Positions 9,706-21,042 of a stretch of 64,000 nucleotides of DNA are shown here, piece after piece. Position 1 is the first letter of the stretch; each line of letters opens with the position of its first letter. The stretch comes from an archaeon (GTDB lineage Archaea > AGJL01 > Methanococci > Methanococcales > Methanocaldococcaceae), in NCBI GenBank assembly GCA_024278985.1, contig JAJRSC010000015.1, forward strand, positions 1 to 64,000, given 5' to 3'. A program made the position numbers and the translations under genes. Under the pieces are notes generated by a model, which was not told where the DNA came from, made no database searches, and was given only the letters and a program-made list of their open reading frames with translations.

Positions 9706-12000
9706 ATGATTAGTGTTAAAAAGTTAGAAGAAAAAGTAAATATATTTATAATAAAAAAGAATGGAAAAAAAGAAAAATTTAATATAAATAAATTGGTAAA
9801 ATCACTAATTAATTCTGGTTTAGATTATAAAGATTTAGATTTAGTTATAGGAGAAGTTTTATCTAAAATACATGATGGAATTACATCAGAAAAAATAAAA
9901 GAAATTGTATATAAAACACTTCTTAAAATCAATAAAGAAGTAGCTGAAAACTACAACAGAGGAATTATTTTAAAAGTAAGGACTTCTGATAAAGAATTTG
10001 AACCATTTGATAAATATAAGATTGTTAAATCTCTAATAATAGAAACAGGGATTAATAAAGAGATTGCTGAAAAAATAGCTGATGATATTGAAAGAGAGCT
10101 CAAAAAAATGAAAGTAAAATATATTACAGCTCCATTAATTAGAGAGTTAGTTAATTATAAGCTTATAGAGTATGGTTTAGAGGAATATAGGCATAAATAT
10201 ACAAGAGTAGGATTACCAATTTATGATATAACTAAACTAATAAAACAGGGAATTAGAGAAAATGCCAACTTAATGTATAATCCTGAGAGTATTCATAAGT
10301 GGGTTGCTGATGAAGCAATGAAACAATATTCATTATTAACTATTTTTCCAAAACATATTGCTGATGCTCATCTAAGAGGAGATATTCATTTACATGATCT
10401 AGAATATGCTCCAATAAGACCTGTATGTTTGCAACATGATTTAAGACCATTTTTTAAGAATGGCTTAAAAGTAGATGGTTATGGAATACACACATCAGTA
10501 AGTAAGCCTGCAAAACATCCTGAGGTAGCTATTCAACATGCTGCCAAGGTTATGATGGCTGCCCAAACAAATATGAGTGGAGGGCAAAGTATAGACGAAT
10601 TTAATGTTTGGCTTGCTCCTTATGTTAAAGGTCTTAGCTATGAAAAAATAAAACAATTAATGCAAATGTTTATTTATGAATTAAATCAGATGTATGTAGC
10701 AAGAGGAGGACAAACTATTTTTAGCTCTATAAATTGTGAATTGGAGATTCCTAATTATTTGAAAGATAAACCAGCAATAGTAGGAGGAAAAGAAAAAGGA
10801 ACTTATGAAGAATATGAAGAAGAAGCAAGATTAATTTTAGAGGCATTAGTTGATGTTATGATTGAAGGAGATGCTATAGGAAAACCTTTCTTATTCCCTA
10901 ACTTTATAATTAAACTTAGAGAAAATGCATTTAAATATGATGAATTAATGTTAAAGATTCATAAGTTGTCTGCCAAATTTGGAACTCCATACTTTATAAA
11001 TATGTTTCCAGACTGGCAAGGAGAAAATACTAATAGTATGGGATGTAGAACAAGATTATCAGACAATTGGACAGGAAATCCTGAGTTAGATACTTTAAGA
11101 ACTGGAAATATTCAGTGGTATTCTCTAAATTTACCAAGAATTGCCTATGAAGCTAATGGAGATGATGAAAAACTATTTGAAATCTTAGAGGAGAAACTTG
11201 AAATTTTAAAAGAGGCCTTATTAATTAAATATAGAATAACAAAAGAAAGACTATATACAGATAAATTAATGCCTTTCTTAACTCAGGAAATTGACGGAGA
11301 AGAATATTATAGATACAGTAATGCTACTTTATCCTTTGGATTTGTGGGTTTAAATGAGATGCTAAAATATCATTTAGGAAAAGAATTACATGAAGATAAG
11401 GAAAGTGTTAAATTTGGAGAAAAGGTTATTAGATTTATGAGAGACTATGCAGATAATTTAAGGGAAGAGACTGGACTAAGATGGAGTGTTAATCAAACTC
11501 CTGCAGAAAGTTTAGCTGGAAGAGTTGCAAGATTAGATTATAAATATTATAGAGATGAAACTCTTTCAGTTGTTAGAGGAGACATAAATGATATAAGAAC
11601 ATTGTACTATACAAACTCCTCCCATGTTAGAGTTGATGCTCCAGTAAGTTTAGGAGAAAAAATAAGAATAGAAGAGAAGTTCCATCCTATATGTAATGGA
11701 GGACATATTTTACATATTTGGAATATTGAGAAATCTTCAGATCCTGAAGTTTTAATGGACTTAACAAGAAAAATAACTAAAACAAATATTGGATATTGGA
11801 CATATACTAAAAATTTAAGTGTTTGTAATAAATGTTATTATAGTTCTGGTGGATTGTTAGATAGATGTCCAAATTGTCAATCAGATAACCTAGCCCATTA
11901 TAGTAGAATAACTGGATATTTACAAAATGTTTCTAACTGGAATATGGCAAAACAAAAAGAACTTAAAGATAGAAAATTCTTTACTCTAAAGAAACTTTAA
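9706..12000 (+). CDS. nrdD: anaerobic (class III) ribonucleoside-triphosphate reductase with two ATP-cones, intein-free
   Basis: IHLHDL, SGGQS, MGCRT, TPAES, CxxC...CxxC and the glycyl-radical loop YSRITGY. Confidence 0.95.
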   Translation: MISVKKLEEKVNIFIIKKNGKKEKFNINKLVKSLINSGLDYKDLDLVIGEVLSKIHDGITSEKIKEIVYKTLLKINKEVAENYNRGIILKVRTSDKEFEPFDKYKIVKSLIIETGINKEIAEKIADDIERELKKMKVKYITAPLIRELVNYKLIEYGLEEYRHKYTRVGLPIYDITKLIKQGIRENANLMYNPESIHKWVADEAMKQYSLLTIFPKHIADAHLRGDIHLHDLEYAPIRPVCLQHDLRPFFKNGLKVDGYGIHTSVSKPAKHPEVAIQHAAKVMMAAQTNMSGGQSIDEFNVWLAPYVKGLSYEKIKQLMQMFIYELNQMYVARGGQTIFSSINCELEIPNYLKDKPAIVGGKEKGTYEEYEEEARLILEALVDVMIEGDAIGKPFLFPNFIIKLRENAFKYDELMLKIHKLSAKFGTPYFINMFPDWQGENTNSMGCRTRLSDNWTGNPELDTLRTGNIQWYSLNLPRIAYEANGDDEKLFEILEEKLEILKEALLIKYRITKERLYTDKLMPFLTQEIDGEEYYRYSNATLSFGFVGLNEMLKYHLGKELHEDKESVKFGEKVIRFMRDYADNLREETGLRWSVNQTPAESLAGRVARLDYKYYRDETLSVVRGDINDIRTLYYTNSSHVRVDAPVSLGEKIRIEEKFHPICNGGHILHIWNIEKSSDPEVLMDLTRKITKTNIGYWTYTKNLSVCNKCYYSSGGLLDRCPNCQSDNLAHYSRITGYLQNVSNWNMAKQKELKDRKFFTLKKL

Positions 12001-12385
12001 CAGTGTTATCATTTATTTTTTCTATTTTAAAATAAACTACTGAAGATGTTGAAATATTTATAGGATTCTCAAAAAGTTCAACATTAACAGAGCAATTGGT
12101 TGAAATGTTCCAACTACTTTTATAATATCTTAAAGTATTACCATTTGCAGCTATATATCCTGCGGGACATTTTATTGGAACTACTCTACAACTACCAACA
12201 TCTCCAACTCCAATTAACTCAATATTCTGTTTTAGTTTAGATAAAGCTGCATATGCCATTGCCTGAGAAGAAATTTCTGCTCCTTTATTTAGTCCATATA
12301 TACCAATATAACCAGATGTTATTAATGCAACTATTAAAAAACCTAACAACAATATAGAAAATTCTAAAGATATCTGTCCTCTCAT
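11981..12385 (-). CDS. type IV pilin (EpdB/C-like), class III signal peptide
   Basis: MRG|QISLEF plus hydrophobic helix; lies in the eppA operon. Confidence 0.85.
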   Translation of the reverse strand: MRGQISLEFSILLLGFLIVALITSGYIGIYGLNKGAEISSQAMAYAALSKLKQNIELIGVGDVGSCRVVPIKCPAGYIAANGNTLRYYKSSWNISTNCSVNVELFENPINISTSSVVYFKIEKINDNTVKVSLE

Positions 12386-12387
12386 AT

Positions 12388-13506
12388 TTAATCACTTTTC
12401 CAATACATCAAATAAGAAAATTTTATTCCTGGAGTTGAGACTGTGGATTCATATGATGATGTGGTAAAAGCTATAGCATATATTTCATTATATGAGAAAA
12501 TATTCCCTTTTATTTCATAATCTACTTTTGGTATAAGAGGGTCATCATCAGTTAATAAATCATCGGCATAATCAGTATCTGCCATTTCATTATAAACTTT
12601 TCCTGCAGAAGATTTAACAGCTTTATTAACATTGTTTAGCCAATCATTATAATCTATCCATAAATCAGGATAATCTACTCCTGTAATTTTATCAAATCTA
12701 TAATAATTATCTAAAATTAATGGAGTAGGTAAGATTATAGAGTATTGACTTCCTACTGTTGGTTTAAATTCTCCATCTACATATAACTTAAATTTAGTAG
12801 GATAAATATTTTGTTCTATCAGATTTTTAAATAATAAATTAATGTCTATTGCTCTTACATCACTAAATACTAAAGGATAGACAACATTAAAATATTCTGA
12901 ATTTTTATTTATCTTATAATATCCAGTAAATGCTCCACTTATTTTTATTTTAATTTTAGTATATGGAGGAATCCAAAAACCTTTAATATTGTTAAAGGTT
13001 GTTAAGTTAGGTTGAGATAATTCCCAGTAACTATTTTCAAAAGAGTATGTTTTATTCGTATTATTTAATACTAATGTTACTTCTGGATTATTTGAAGAAA
13101 AATCATATGAGTAAATTGGTCTTGGAATTGGATATGTGTATGTTATGTCTTTTAATGTCTTAGATTTTTTTATGATAGATAAGACATCATTATTAATAGT
13201 AATATACTCCTTATAAATTGCAGGAGCATTATTATACTTTGTTAAAATATAATCATAATTAGTTCTATTTATTAAATAATAGTCAATTTAATCATTTACT
13301 TCAGGAAAACTAACAAATACACTGTAAGGATTGTTATTAACAAGATATCCAGTAAGTTCAAATTTATATGATAACAAACTTGCATTTTCTACAGGTGTAA
13401 ATATTATATCATTTACATATTCATTATAATACTCTGCAAAGGAAATATTTAATAAAAACAAGAATAATATAAAAAAGAATGTTACTTTTCTCATATTACA
13501 TCCCAA
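12388..13506 (-). pseudogene. secreted pilus-operon protein (~370 aa) interrupted by an in-frame TAA at 13288-13290
   Basis: The two called ORFs (13288-13506 and 12388-12585) are in the same frame; the frame reads on after the stop (...GFWIPPY...); signal peptide present. Confidence 0.7.
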
Positions 13507-13513
13507 GGGGTTT

Positions 13514-14695
13514 TTATTGTTCAGAATCTATTGAAATAATAATATTACCTACATTGGTACTTGTTATATTAGCAAGTTTAGCTTGAGGAACTCTTAATAT
13601 TATATAATATTTTATATTTTCATCATCTAAAATTTGAGTATTTTCAGAAAGTTTTTCTAATCTATATCCATAATCTTTAAACATTTGACTAATCTTATTA
13701 TAATCAACTCTGCCAATAACTGCTGCATGTAAAATTCCAGGTATATTGTCAAGATTATATTTAATATTTGATTCACTTGACTTAGAAATAGCATTATCTC
13801 CTATACTTATAGAGCTTGAAACACTTTTACTCTCTGAATAGGTGATATCTTTAACAATAACATAACCATTAACTACAATAGCAGGAGAAATTAATTTTCC
13901 ATTTTTATTATATATAGATACAATATCCCCATTTTTTGGAAATTTAGGAATTTGTGTAGGACTTATAACTAATCCAATCATACTTAAATCTTCAGCAGGA
14001 TAAACTTTTAGATTTTTTAAATAATTTATATCATTACTTAAACTAACTTTTTTAATTATTATATCCTTATAGTAGAATTTATTATCAGGTTCAACATATA
14101 TTAAGTTTGATGGTGATGATTGAATTTCACTTATAATAATATTCTTTATATCATCTAAAACTTTTGAGGCATATTCAGAATATATTTTTTGAGCTTCTTC
14201 TATACTATTTGCCATGGATATTTTTGTTACAGCTTCTTGATACAATGTACTTTTTAAATAATAATCTCCATAAAGATTTTTTAGTTGATTTATTAAACTA
14301 TTTTTTACCTGTTCTAATAATAATTTATTCTTTCTTTCTTCTACTTTCATATTAACATAGTTTTTAGCTTCATTAATAATCTTATTTATCTCATCCAAAC
14401 TTTTAGCAGAGTCAATTTTAGCCAAAAATACATTTAACTCTGGATCATCAGTTAAATTATATTGCTTAAACAAATTAAAAACTGTCTTTTTTGCAGATTC
14501 CTTTGCTTTATTTAACTCTTGAAATTCTAAGATTTCTTTCTGTTGTAGAGTTTTTACAATATCTGGAACAGTCATTGCCAAAATTCCAACAATACCAATT
14601 ACAATTATTGCCAACAATATAATGGTTATGTTGGACCTTGGTTTTTTCTTTTTACTTTTCTCTTTAATCCTCTTAATTTTATCAATATCAACCAT
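13514..14695 (-). CDS. DUF515-family pilus-associated membrane protein
   Basis: Basic N-terminus, single TM, coiled-coil region, SESKS.SSS motif; position in the epd operon. Confidence 0.75.
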   Translation of the reverse strand: MVDIDKIKRIKEKSKKKKPRSNITIILLAIIVIGIVGILAMTVPDIVKTLQQKEILEFQELNKAKESAKKTVFNLFKQYNLTDDPELNVFLAKIDSAKSLDEINKIINEAKNYVNMKVEERKNKLLLEQVKNSLINQLKNLYGDYYLKSTLYQEAVTKISMANSIEEAQKIYSEYASKVLDDIKNIIISEIQSSPSNLIYVEPDNKFYYKDIIIKKVSLSNDINYLKNLKVYPAEDLSMIGLVISPTQIPKFPKNGDIVSIYNKNGKLISPAIVVNGYVIVKDITYSESKSVSSSISIGDNAISKSSESNIKYNLDNIPGILHAAVIGRVDYNKISQMFKDYGYRLEKLSENTQILDDENIKYYIILRVPQAKLANITSTNVGNIIISIDSEQ

Positions 14696-15043
14696 TTAAA
14701 TCCCTTTAATAACAATGCTATAATTTTTACTTAGTTGTGTTGTATCTTTTATATAACTGACAATAAAATTTTTATAAACACTTGAAATATTTGGAGTTAT
14801 ATATACTTCAATTATTGAATCATTAATAACATAATATCCTAAATAATTAATAGTATCTCCAGAATAATTAAGATAACCAGAATTTAGTAATAAAATAGCT
14901 GCTCTTGCAGAAGAGGCAATCTTATCATAATCTAAGGATTCTTTAGTAAGATTATTATCTAAAAAATTAGTTATTGAAACTAAAGATATCAAAAGTATTC
15001 CAAAAAATACAATAGCAAATTCTAAAGAAAGCTGTCCTCTCAT
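14696..15043 (-). CDS. type IV pilin (EpdA-like), class III signal peptide
   Basis: MRG|QLSLEF; immediately downstream of eppA. Confidence 0.85.
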   Translation of the reverse strand: MRGQLSLEFAIVFFGILLISLVSITNFLDNNLTKESLDYDKIASSARAAILLLNSGYLNYSGDTINYLGYYVINDSIIEVYITPNISSVYKNFIVSYIKDTTQLSKNYSIVIKGI

Positions 15044-16041
15044 ACTTTCACATACATAATAAACAAAGTTATAACATAACTAACAAGAACAAAAGGTAAA
15101 AATGGATATGTCTTTATAATATTTACTTCTTTTATTTTTCCTTCTTTATATAATTTTTTAAGCTTTTCTAAGTCTTCTTTTAGCAAACCTTCACCGTCAC
15201 AGATAATTATATTAACTTTATCATTTTTATTCTTAACTGATTGAATTTCATGGGATATTAAAAATTTTATTCTTTGAATAATATTAAGATTTTTAATAAT
15301 TACATTATTTTTGTCAATTATTATGACATCCCTTAAAATATCTCCTTCCTTCAACTCATCTATTTTTTTCTTTTCAGCAACAACTTCCCCAGTTAAGGCA
15401 TAAATAAGTATTGATATTAAACATATCTCTAAAAAATAAATTATAGAATTATATAAATAATAAGGTTTTATAAAAAAAACTAAAATTAAATAAACTGGAT
15501 ATAAATAGCCTAATTTTTTCATTATATTTTTATAATTTTTATATCTCTTTGAAAGTATAATTGATATTATAACATACACCCATATAATCAACTTTCCATA
15601 TGGTATATTATATAAAAAAATCAATAAATATAAAATTCCAATAACTGTGGCTAAATATCCAGATGTTAAAATAATATCTTTATAATACTTAACAAATATC
15701 TTATACATCGGAAAAATAGCAGATAATATCATACTTAAAACAATTATATATAAAATTCCCTTAGGTATATAAAAAATAAAATCATTTGAGAATATTGGAG
15801 CTAATGCTGTAAATATTTTTACATCTCCCCCTCCCATTCCTACACTTAGTATTAGGCATAGTATAAAGGTGGTTATTAAACCAACAATAGCATCAAAACC
15901 AAAATAATAGTATCCTATAGGTAGATTAATTAAAAACATTAAAATTACATATTTATGAGGGATTATTTTAGTTTTTATATCTTCTATAGATGCAAGTAAA
16001 AGTAAAAAAAAATTAATTATGTATGCTACCTCTAATAAAAT
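15040..16041 (-). CDS. eppA: prepilin peptidase EppA (A24 family); start appears as ATT
   Basis: GMGGGDVK motif and C-terminal YPFLPF; the first catalytic Asp (IEDIK..IPH) lies in frame upstream of the called ORF; GGTGAG RBS precedes ATT at 16041. Confidence 0.82.
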   Translation of the reverse strand: MLLEVAYIINFFLLLLASIEDIKTKIIPHKYVILMFLINLPIGYYYFGFDAIVGLITTFILCLILSVGMGGGDVKIFTALAPIFSNDFIFYIPKGILYIIVLSMILSAIFPMYKIFVKYYKDIILTSGYLATVIGILYLLIFLYNIPYGKLIIWVYVIISIILSKRYKNYKNIMKKLGYLYPVYLILVFFIKPYYLYNSIIYFLEICLISILIYALTGEVVAEKKKIDELKEGDILRDVIIIDKNNVIIKNLNIIQRIKFLISHEIQSVKNKNDKVNIIICDGEGLLKEDLEKLKKLYKEGKIKEVNIIKTYPFLPFVLVSYVITLFIMYVKV

Positions 16042-16052
16042 AATCTCACCAA

Positions 16053-16403
16053 TTATTTTTTCTCCTCTTTAACCTTATTTTTTATTTTTAAAAGTAGTTC
16101 CCTATTTTCAAATAATTTTAGAGCTTCTTCAGAATTTTTATCCTTAACTAATTTTATAATCTCTCTTAAAATCTCAATGGCTACATCTTCATTATGTATC
16201 CAAAAACATTTTTCACAACTCCAAACTTTGGACCCATCTTTTTTTGTAATATATTCTCCTAAACTATTATCTTCACATGGATAAAATGGACAAAAACACC
16301 AAATACAGGTTTGTCCTTCATAATGACATGGATAATATTTACAATCCTTATTAACTACCATATTTAAAACTTTTTTAAAATGGTTCTTAGCAAGTTCTAT
16401 CAT
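16053..16403 (-). CDS. cysteine-rich small domain (zinc-binding) protein
   Basis: C.YYPCH...Q.C..CFCPFYPC...WSC..C..IH pattern. Confidence 0.85.
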   Translation of the reverse strand: MIELAKNHFKKVLNMVVNKDCKYYPCHYEGQTCIWCFCPFYPCEDNSLGEYITKKDGSKVWSCEKCFWIHNEDVAIEILREIIKLVKDKNSEEALKLFENRELLLKIKNKVKEEKK

Positions 16404-17029
16404 TATATCCCCTTAAAATCTTCTAAAACAACAATCCCTTTTTTTGTGTCATATATATAATATGAATATGGAGAAGGATTTACTATAATGGTGTCATTAA
16501 TTTTATCTATACACCTACTTTCATGAATATGCCCACAGGCACAGAATATAACATTTTCAGATTCTATAAACTCCCTAATTGCTTTACTACCAACATGTTC
16601 ATATCCAACTCTATCGGCCATAGTGTTGTAAGGTGGAGCATGGCTTATTAAAATAATATTTTTTAATCCTCTAAATTTCTCAAGCTCTAATCTTAAATCC
16701 TCATCTTTGTACTCATAACATGTATTAAATGGTGTTGTATTACTCCCACCTATTCCCAAAAAATTAAAATTATCTATCTTTTTTATTTTTCTATCAATAT
16801 TTAGATTAAAACTATTTAGTTCATCTATAACTTCCTTAGTATCACAATTTCCAGGAACACAAAGAACTTCAACATAATCAGATAATTCAGCCAAATCCTC
16901 AATAATTTCAATACCCTTTCCAAAATGAGTAATATCTCCTGAAACAGTTAATACATCTATTTTATCCTTAATATCATATAATACTTTTGGAAATTTTCCA
17001 TGTAAGTCAGTTATTCCAGCAATTATCAT
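16403..17029 (-). CDS. calcineurin-like metallophosphoesterase
   Basis: DLHG, GD, GNCD, SHAPP and GHIHE motifs. Confidence 0.9.
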   Translation of the reverse strand: MIIAGITDLHGKFPKVLYDIKDKIDVLTVSGDITHFGKGIEIIEDLAELSDYVEVLCVPGNCDTKEVIDELNSFNLNIDRKIKKIDNFNFLGIGGSNTTPFNTCYEYKDEDLRLELEKFRGLKNIILISHAPPYNTMADRVGYEHVGSKAIREFIESENVIFCACGHIHESRCIDKINDTIIVNPSPYSYYIYDTKKGIVVLEDFKGI

Positions 17030-17694
17030 TTTTCCACCACAAAACCAATATATGTGGAAATATATTTAAAAGGACTTTTATAGAGAAATTTATCAGTTGG
17101 AAGATTTGAAAGACCAAAAGTATATTTTATTTTAAAATTTTCTTCATTTAGTAATCTTTTTATTTCCTCAAGGGAATAGAATTTTGTTTTAACCTTATAT
17201 TTTTTATTATCAATATATTTAACAATTTCTCCCTTTCTTTTTATTATTGATTTTTTAATTTTCTTTGGATTTTTAAGATTTTTTAATATCCATTTTATAT
17301 CATAAACATTGGCAACTGTGAATATAAAAATACCATCATCTTTTAACACTCTTCTAATTTCTCTAAATGCCCTCCTAATATTACAATGATTTAAGGCTCC
17401 AAAAAAAGATATAACCGCATCAAAACTTTTATTTTTAAATGGTAGATGTTCAACATTTCCAACAACAACAGGTTTATTTGTTTTTTTATATGCAATTTTT
17501 GCCATCTCTATAGATATATCTAAACCTATTCCATTTTTTATATATTTTAACTGTTCTCCTGTACCACAACCAATATCTAAAACTAAATAGTTCTCTTTAA
17601 TTTCTTTAAAGATTATCTTTTTCTCAACTTCCCTCATATATTTTAATTTATATAAAGAGTCATAATATTTAGCTAAGGCATTATAATATTTCAT
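17026..17694 (-). CDS. class I SAM-dependent methyltransferase
   Basis: VLDIGCGTG, LPF...SFDAV, RVLK.DG. Confidence 0.88.
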   Translation of the reverse strand: MKYYNALAKYYDSLYKLKYMREVEKKIIFKEIKENYLVLDIGCGTGEQLKYIKNGIGLDISIEMAKIAYKKTNKPVVVGNVEHLPFKNKSFDAVISFFGALNHCNIRRAFREIRRVLKDDGIFIFTVANVYDIKWILKNLKNPKKIKKSIIKRKGEIVKYIDNKKYKVKTKFYSLEEIKRLLNEENFKIKYTFGLSNLPTDKFLYKSPFKYISTYIGFVVEK

Positions 17695-19174
17695 TCTCTA
17701 TCTTCCTCTTAATAACATCTAAAAACTCATTAATTCTTTTTTTTGAGTAACCATATTTTTTGGCAACTTTATAAATTAATTTTTCTGAACCACTACCATA
17801 CTGAGCAGCTTTTTTAGGTCTAAAAGCAATTTCTTCAGGAAGATATTTTTTAGCAACATCCCTTAAAATTCTTTTTCTTAAATCTGATTTTAAATACTCT
17901 TCTGGAAGTGAAAGAGAAAAATCAACAACATTTTCATCTAAAAATGGAACTCTTAACTCAATAGTATTAGCCATAGAACAATGGTCATCTCTCTCTAAAT
18001 TAACCTTATATAAATTTGAAATATCTTTTATAAGCTCATCTTTTAGATTTTTAGCCCTTTCATATCTCTTATAACCACCAAAAATCTCATCAGCTCCCTG
18101 TCCAGAAAGAACAACTTTTAAATTATCTTTTTTAGCTAATTCAGAGCTTACCAATATTGGAATTCCAACAGATAGATTTAAAAGTGTTATCTCATCAACT
18201 GCTTTAGCAGTCCTAAATAGATAATGTTCATATTCATCTTCATCAATTATTTTAATTTTGTAATCTACATTTAAATAATCAGCAAGTTTTTCAGTATATA
18301 TTATATCTTCACTTTCCTCTAAACCAACAGAGTATAATGTTATGTTAGTGTATAATGAAGAATAATATGCAATTAATGAACTATCCACACCTCCAGAGCA
18401 TATAATTCCTACCCTATCCAAACCTCTAACTCTCTTATATACTGATTTTTTTATTAATGAGTCAAGAATTTCAACTGCTTTTTTATAATCTATCTTAATA
18501 TCTTTTTGATATTTTACAACAGGTTTTTCTACAATTTCAAACCTATTATTATCTAAATAATAAATTAAGTAACTATTTGGTTTTAATCTTTTAATCTTTG
18601 AGTTTAATTTATCAATATTTTTATCTTCATTGTTTATATTTACCAAAAGATGCCATAAAGCTTTTCTTTCTGATGCAAAGGCAAAGTATTCATCAGTTTC
18701 AACATAATAGAGTGGTTTTACTCCAAACCTATCCCTTCCTAAAACAAGAATATTTTTTCTTTTGTCATAAATTGCAAAGGCATAATCACCATATAATTTA
18801 TTTAATGCTTTTTCTTCATAAAGATGTAAAATAACTTCACTATCTGAATCTGTTTTATAGTTATGATTTCTTAACTCTGTCATTAATTCAATATAGTTAT
18901 AAATTTCTCCATTACATATTACCCAAAGGGTCTCGTTTTCATTAGGTATTGGTTGGAGATAGTTTCCAACAATAGCCAATCTATTATGTCCAAAAGAAAT
19001 ATAAAAATGATAATCTTTTAAATCTAAATCATCAAAATTTTTAAGATATATTACTTCATCATCAATATAAATTCCTGAACCATCCTTTCCTCTATGATTA
19101 AGAATTTTCATCATATTTATGGAATATTTTATATCTATCTCCTTTTTAGCTATTATTCCTGAAATTGAACACAT
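17681..19174 (-). CDS. asnB: asparagine synthase (glutamine-hydrolysing)
   Basis: N-terminal Cys2, HNRLAI, NGEIYN, RDRFGVKPLY, SGGVDSS, SGQGADE. Confidence 0.92.
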   Translation of the reverse strand: MCSISGIIAKKEIDIKYSINMMKILNHRGKDGSGIYIDDEVIYLKNFDDLDLKDYHFYISFGHNRLAIVGNYLQPIPNENETLWVICNGEIYNYIELMTELRNHNYKTDSDSEVILHLYEEKALNKLYGDYAFAIYDKRKNILVLGRDRFGVKPLYYVETDEYFAFASERKALWHLLVNINNEDKNIDKLNSKIKRLKPNSYLIYYLDNNRFEIVEKPVVKYQKDIKIDYKKAVEILDSLIKKSVYKRVRGLDRVGIICSGGVDSSLIAYYSSLYTNITLYSVGLEESEDIIYTEKLADYLNVDYKIKIIDEDEYEHYLFRTAKAVDEITLLNLSVGIPILVSSELAKKDNLKVVLSGQGADEIFGGYKRYERAKNLKDELIKDISNLYKVNLERDDHCSMANTIELRVPFLDENVVDFSLSLPEEYLKSDLRKRILRDVAKKYLPEEIAFRPKKAAQYGSGSEKLIYKVAKKYGYSKKRINEFLDVIKRKIENEIL

Positions 19175-19181
19175 ATTTTTT

Positions 19182-19997
<816 letters not shown>

Positions 19998-20012
19998 TTA
20001 AAGGTTGAAATA

Positions 20013-20486
20013 ATGAAAGTAGTATTAAAAGGTATAGGATTCAAATGTAAAAAATGTGGATTTTGTTGTGATGCTCCAACAGTAACTAAAAAAGATTTAT
20101 CTAAAATTGCAGGTTATTTAAATATTCCTCTCAACAAGGTTATTAAAGAATATTGTAAATTTTTTAATGGGAAAATAGGAGAGTTAAAAGAAATTAAAGG
20201 GAAATGTATATTTTATGACTTTGATAATAAAAAATGTTTAATATATCCAGTTAGACCATTAATTTGTAGATTTAGACCATATTCTATTCAGTATAAAAAT
20301 GGAGAATTAATAATAACTTATGATATCTGGTTCTTAAGATATTGTAAAGGATTATATTTAGGAGATAATATAGATGAGGAAAGTTTAAAATATGCCAATA
20401 CAGTTTTAAAATATTTGGGTATTGAAAAAACTGTTAATGAAGATGAGTTTAAAAAAAGAATTGAAAAGCTTAAAAATGAACAATAA
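20013..20486 (+). CDS. YkgJ-family cysteine-cluster protein
   Basis: C..CGFCC, C.F....C.IY..RP..CR..P; start adjusted to MKVVLK. Confidence 0.85.
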   Translation: MKVVLKGIGFKCKKCGFCCDAPTVTKKDLSKIAGYLNIPLNKVIKEYCKFFNGKIGELKEIKGKCIFYDFDNKKCLIYPVRPLICRFRPYSIQYKNGELIITYDIWFLRYCKGLYLGDNIDEESLKYANTVLKYLGIEKTVNEDEFKKRIEKLKNEQ

Positions 20487-20527
20487 ATATTAAAACTATT
20501 TATAAAACATAACCTGAGGGATATTAT

Positions 20528-21022
20528 ATGATAAAAGGAAGAGTTTGGAAATTTGGAGATAATGTAGATACAGATGCTATAATGCCTGCAAGGTATTTAA
20601 TATATACAAAACCTGAAGAATTAGCTAAGTATGTTATGACTGGAATAGATGAAGATTTTCCCAAAAAAATAAAGAAAGGAGATATAATAGTAGCAGGTAA
20701 AAATTTTGGTTGTGGGTCTTCAAGAGAGCATGCACCTATTGGTTTAAAAGCTGCTGGAATAAGTTGTGTTATAGCTGAAAGTTTTGCAAGAATTTTTTAT
20801 AGAAATGCTATAAATATTGGTTTGCCATTAATTGAATGTAAAGGAATATATAATAAAGTAAAGGAAGGTGATGAGTTAGAGGTAGATTTAAAAACTGGGA
20901 TTATTAAAAACCTAACTACTGGAGAAACAATTCAAGGGCAAAAAATACCTGAGTTTATGATGGAAATCTTAGAAGCTGGTGGATTAATGCCATACTTAAT
21001 TAATAAATTAAAATCTTATTAA
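20528..21022 (+). CDS. leuD: isopropylmalate/citramalate isomerase small subunit
   Basis: [24 protein letters not shown]; YLIY loop fits LeuD rather than HacB (YLRT). Confidence 0.88.
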   Translation: MIKGRVWKFGDNVDTDAIMPARYLIYTKPEELAKYVMTGIDEDFPKKIKKGDIIVAGKNFGCGSSREHAPIGLKAAGISCVIAESFARIFYRNAINIGLPLIECKGIYNKVKEGDELEVDLKTGIIKNLTTGETIQGQKIPEFMMEILEAGGLMPYLINKLKSY

Positions 21023-21042
21023 CTTATTAAATAAATTTTTTT

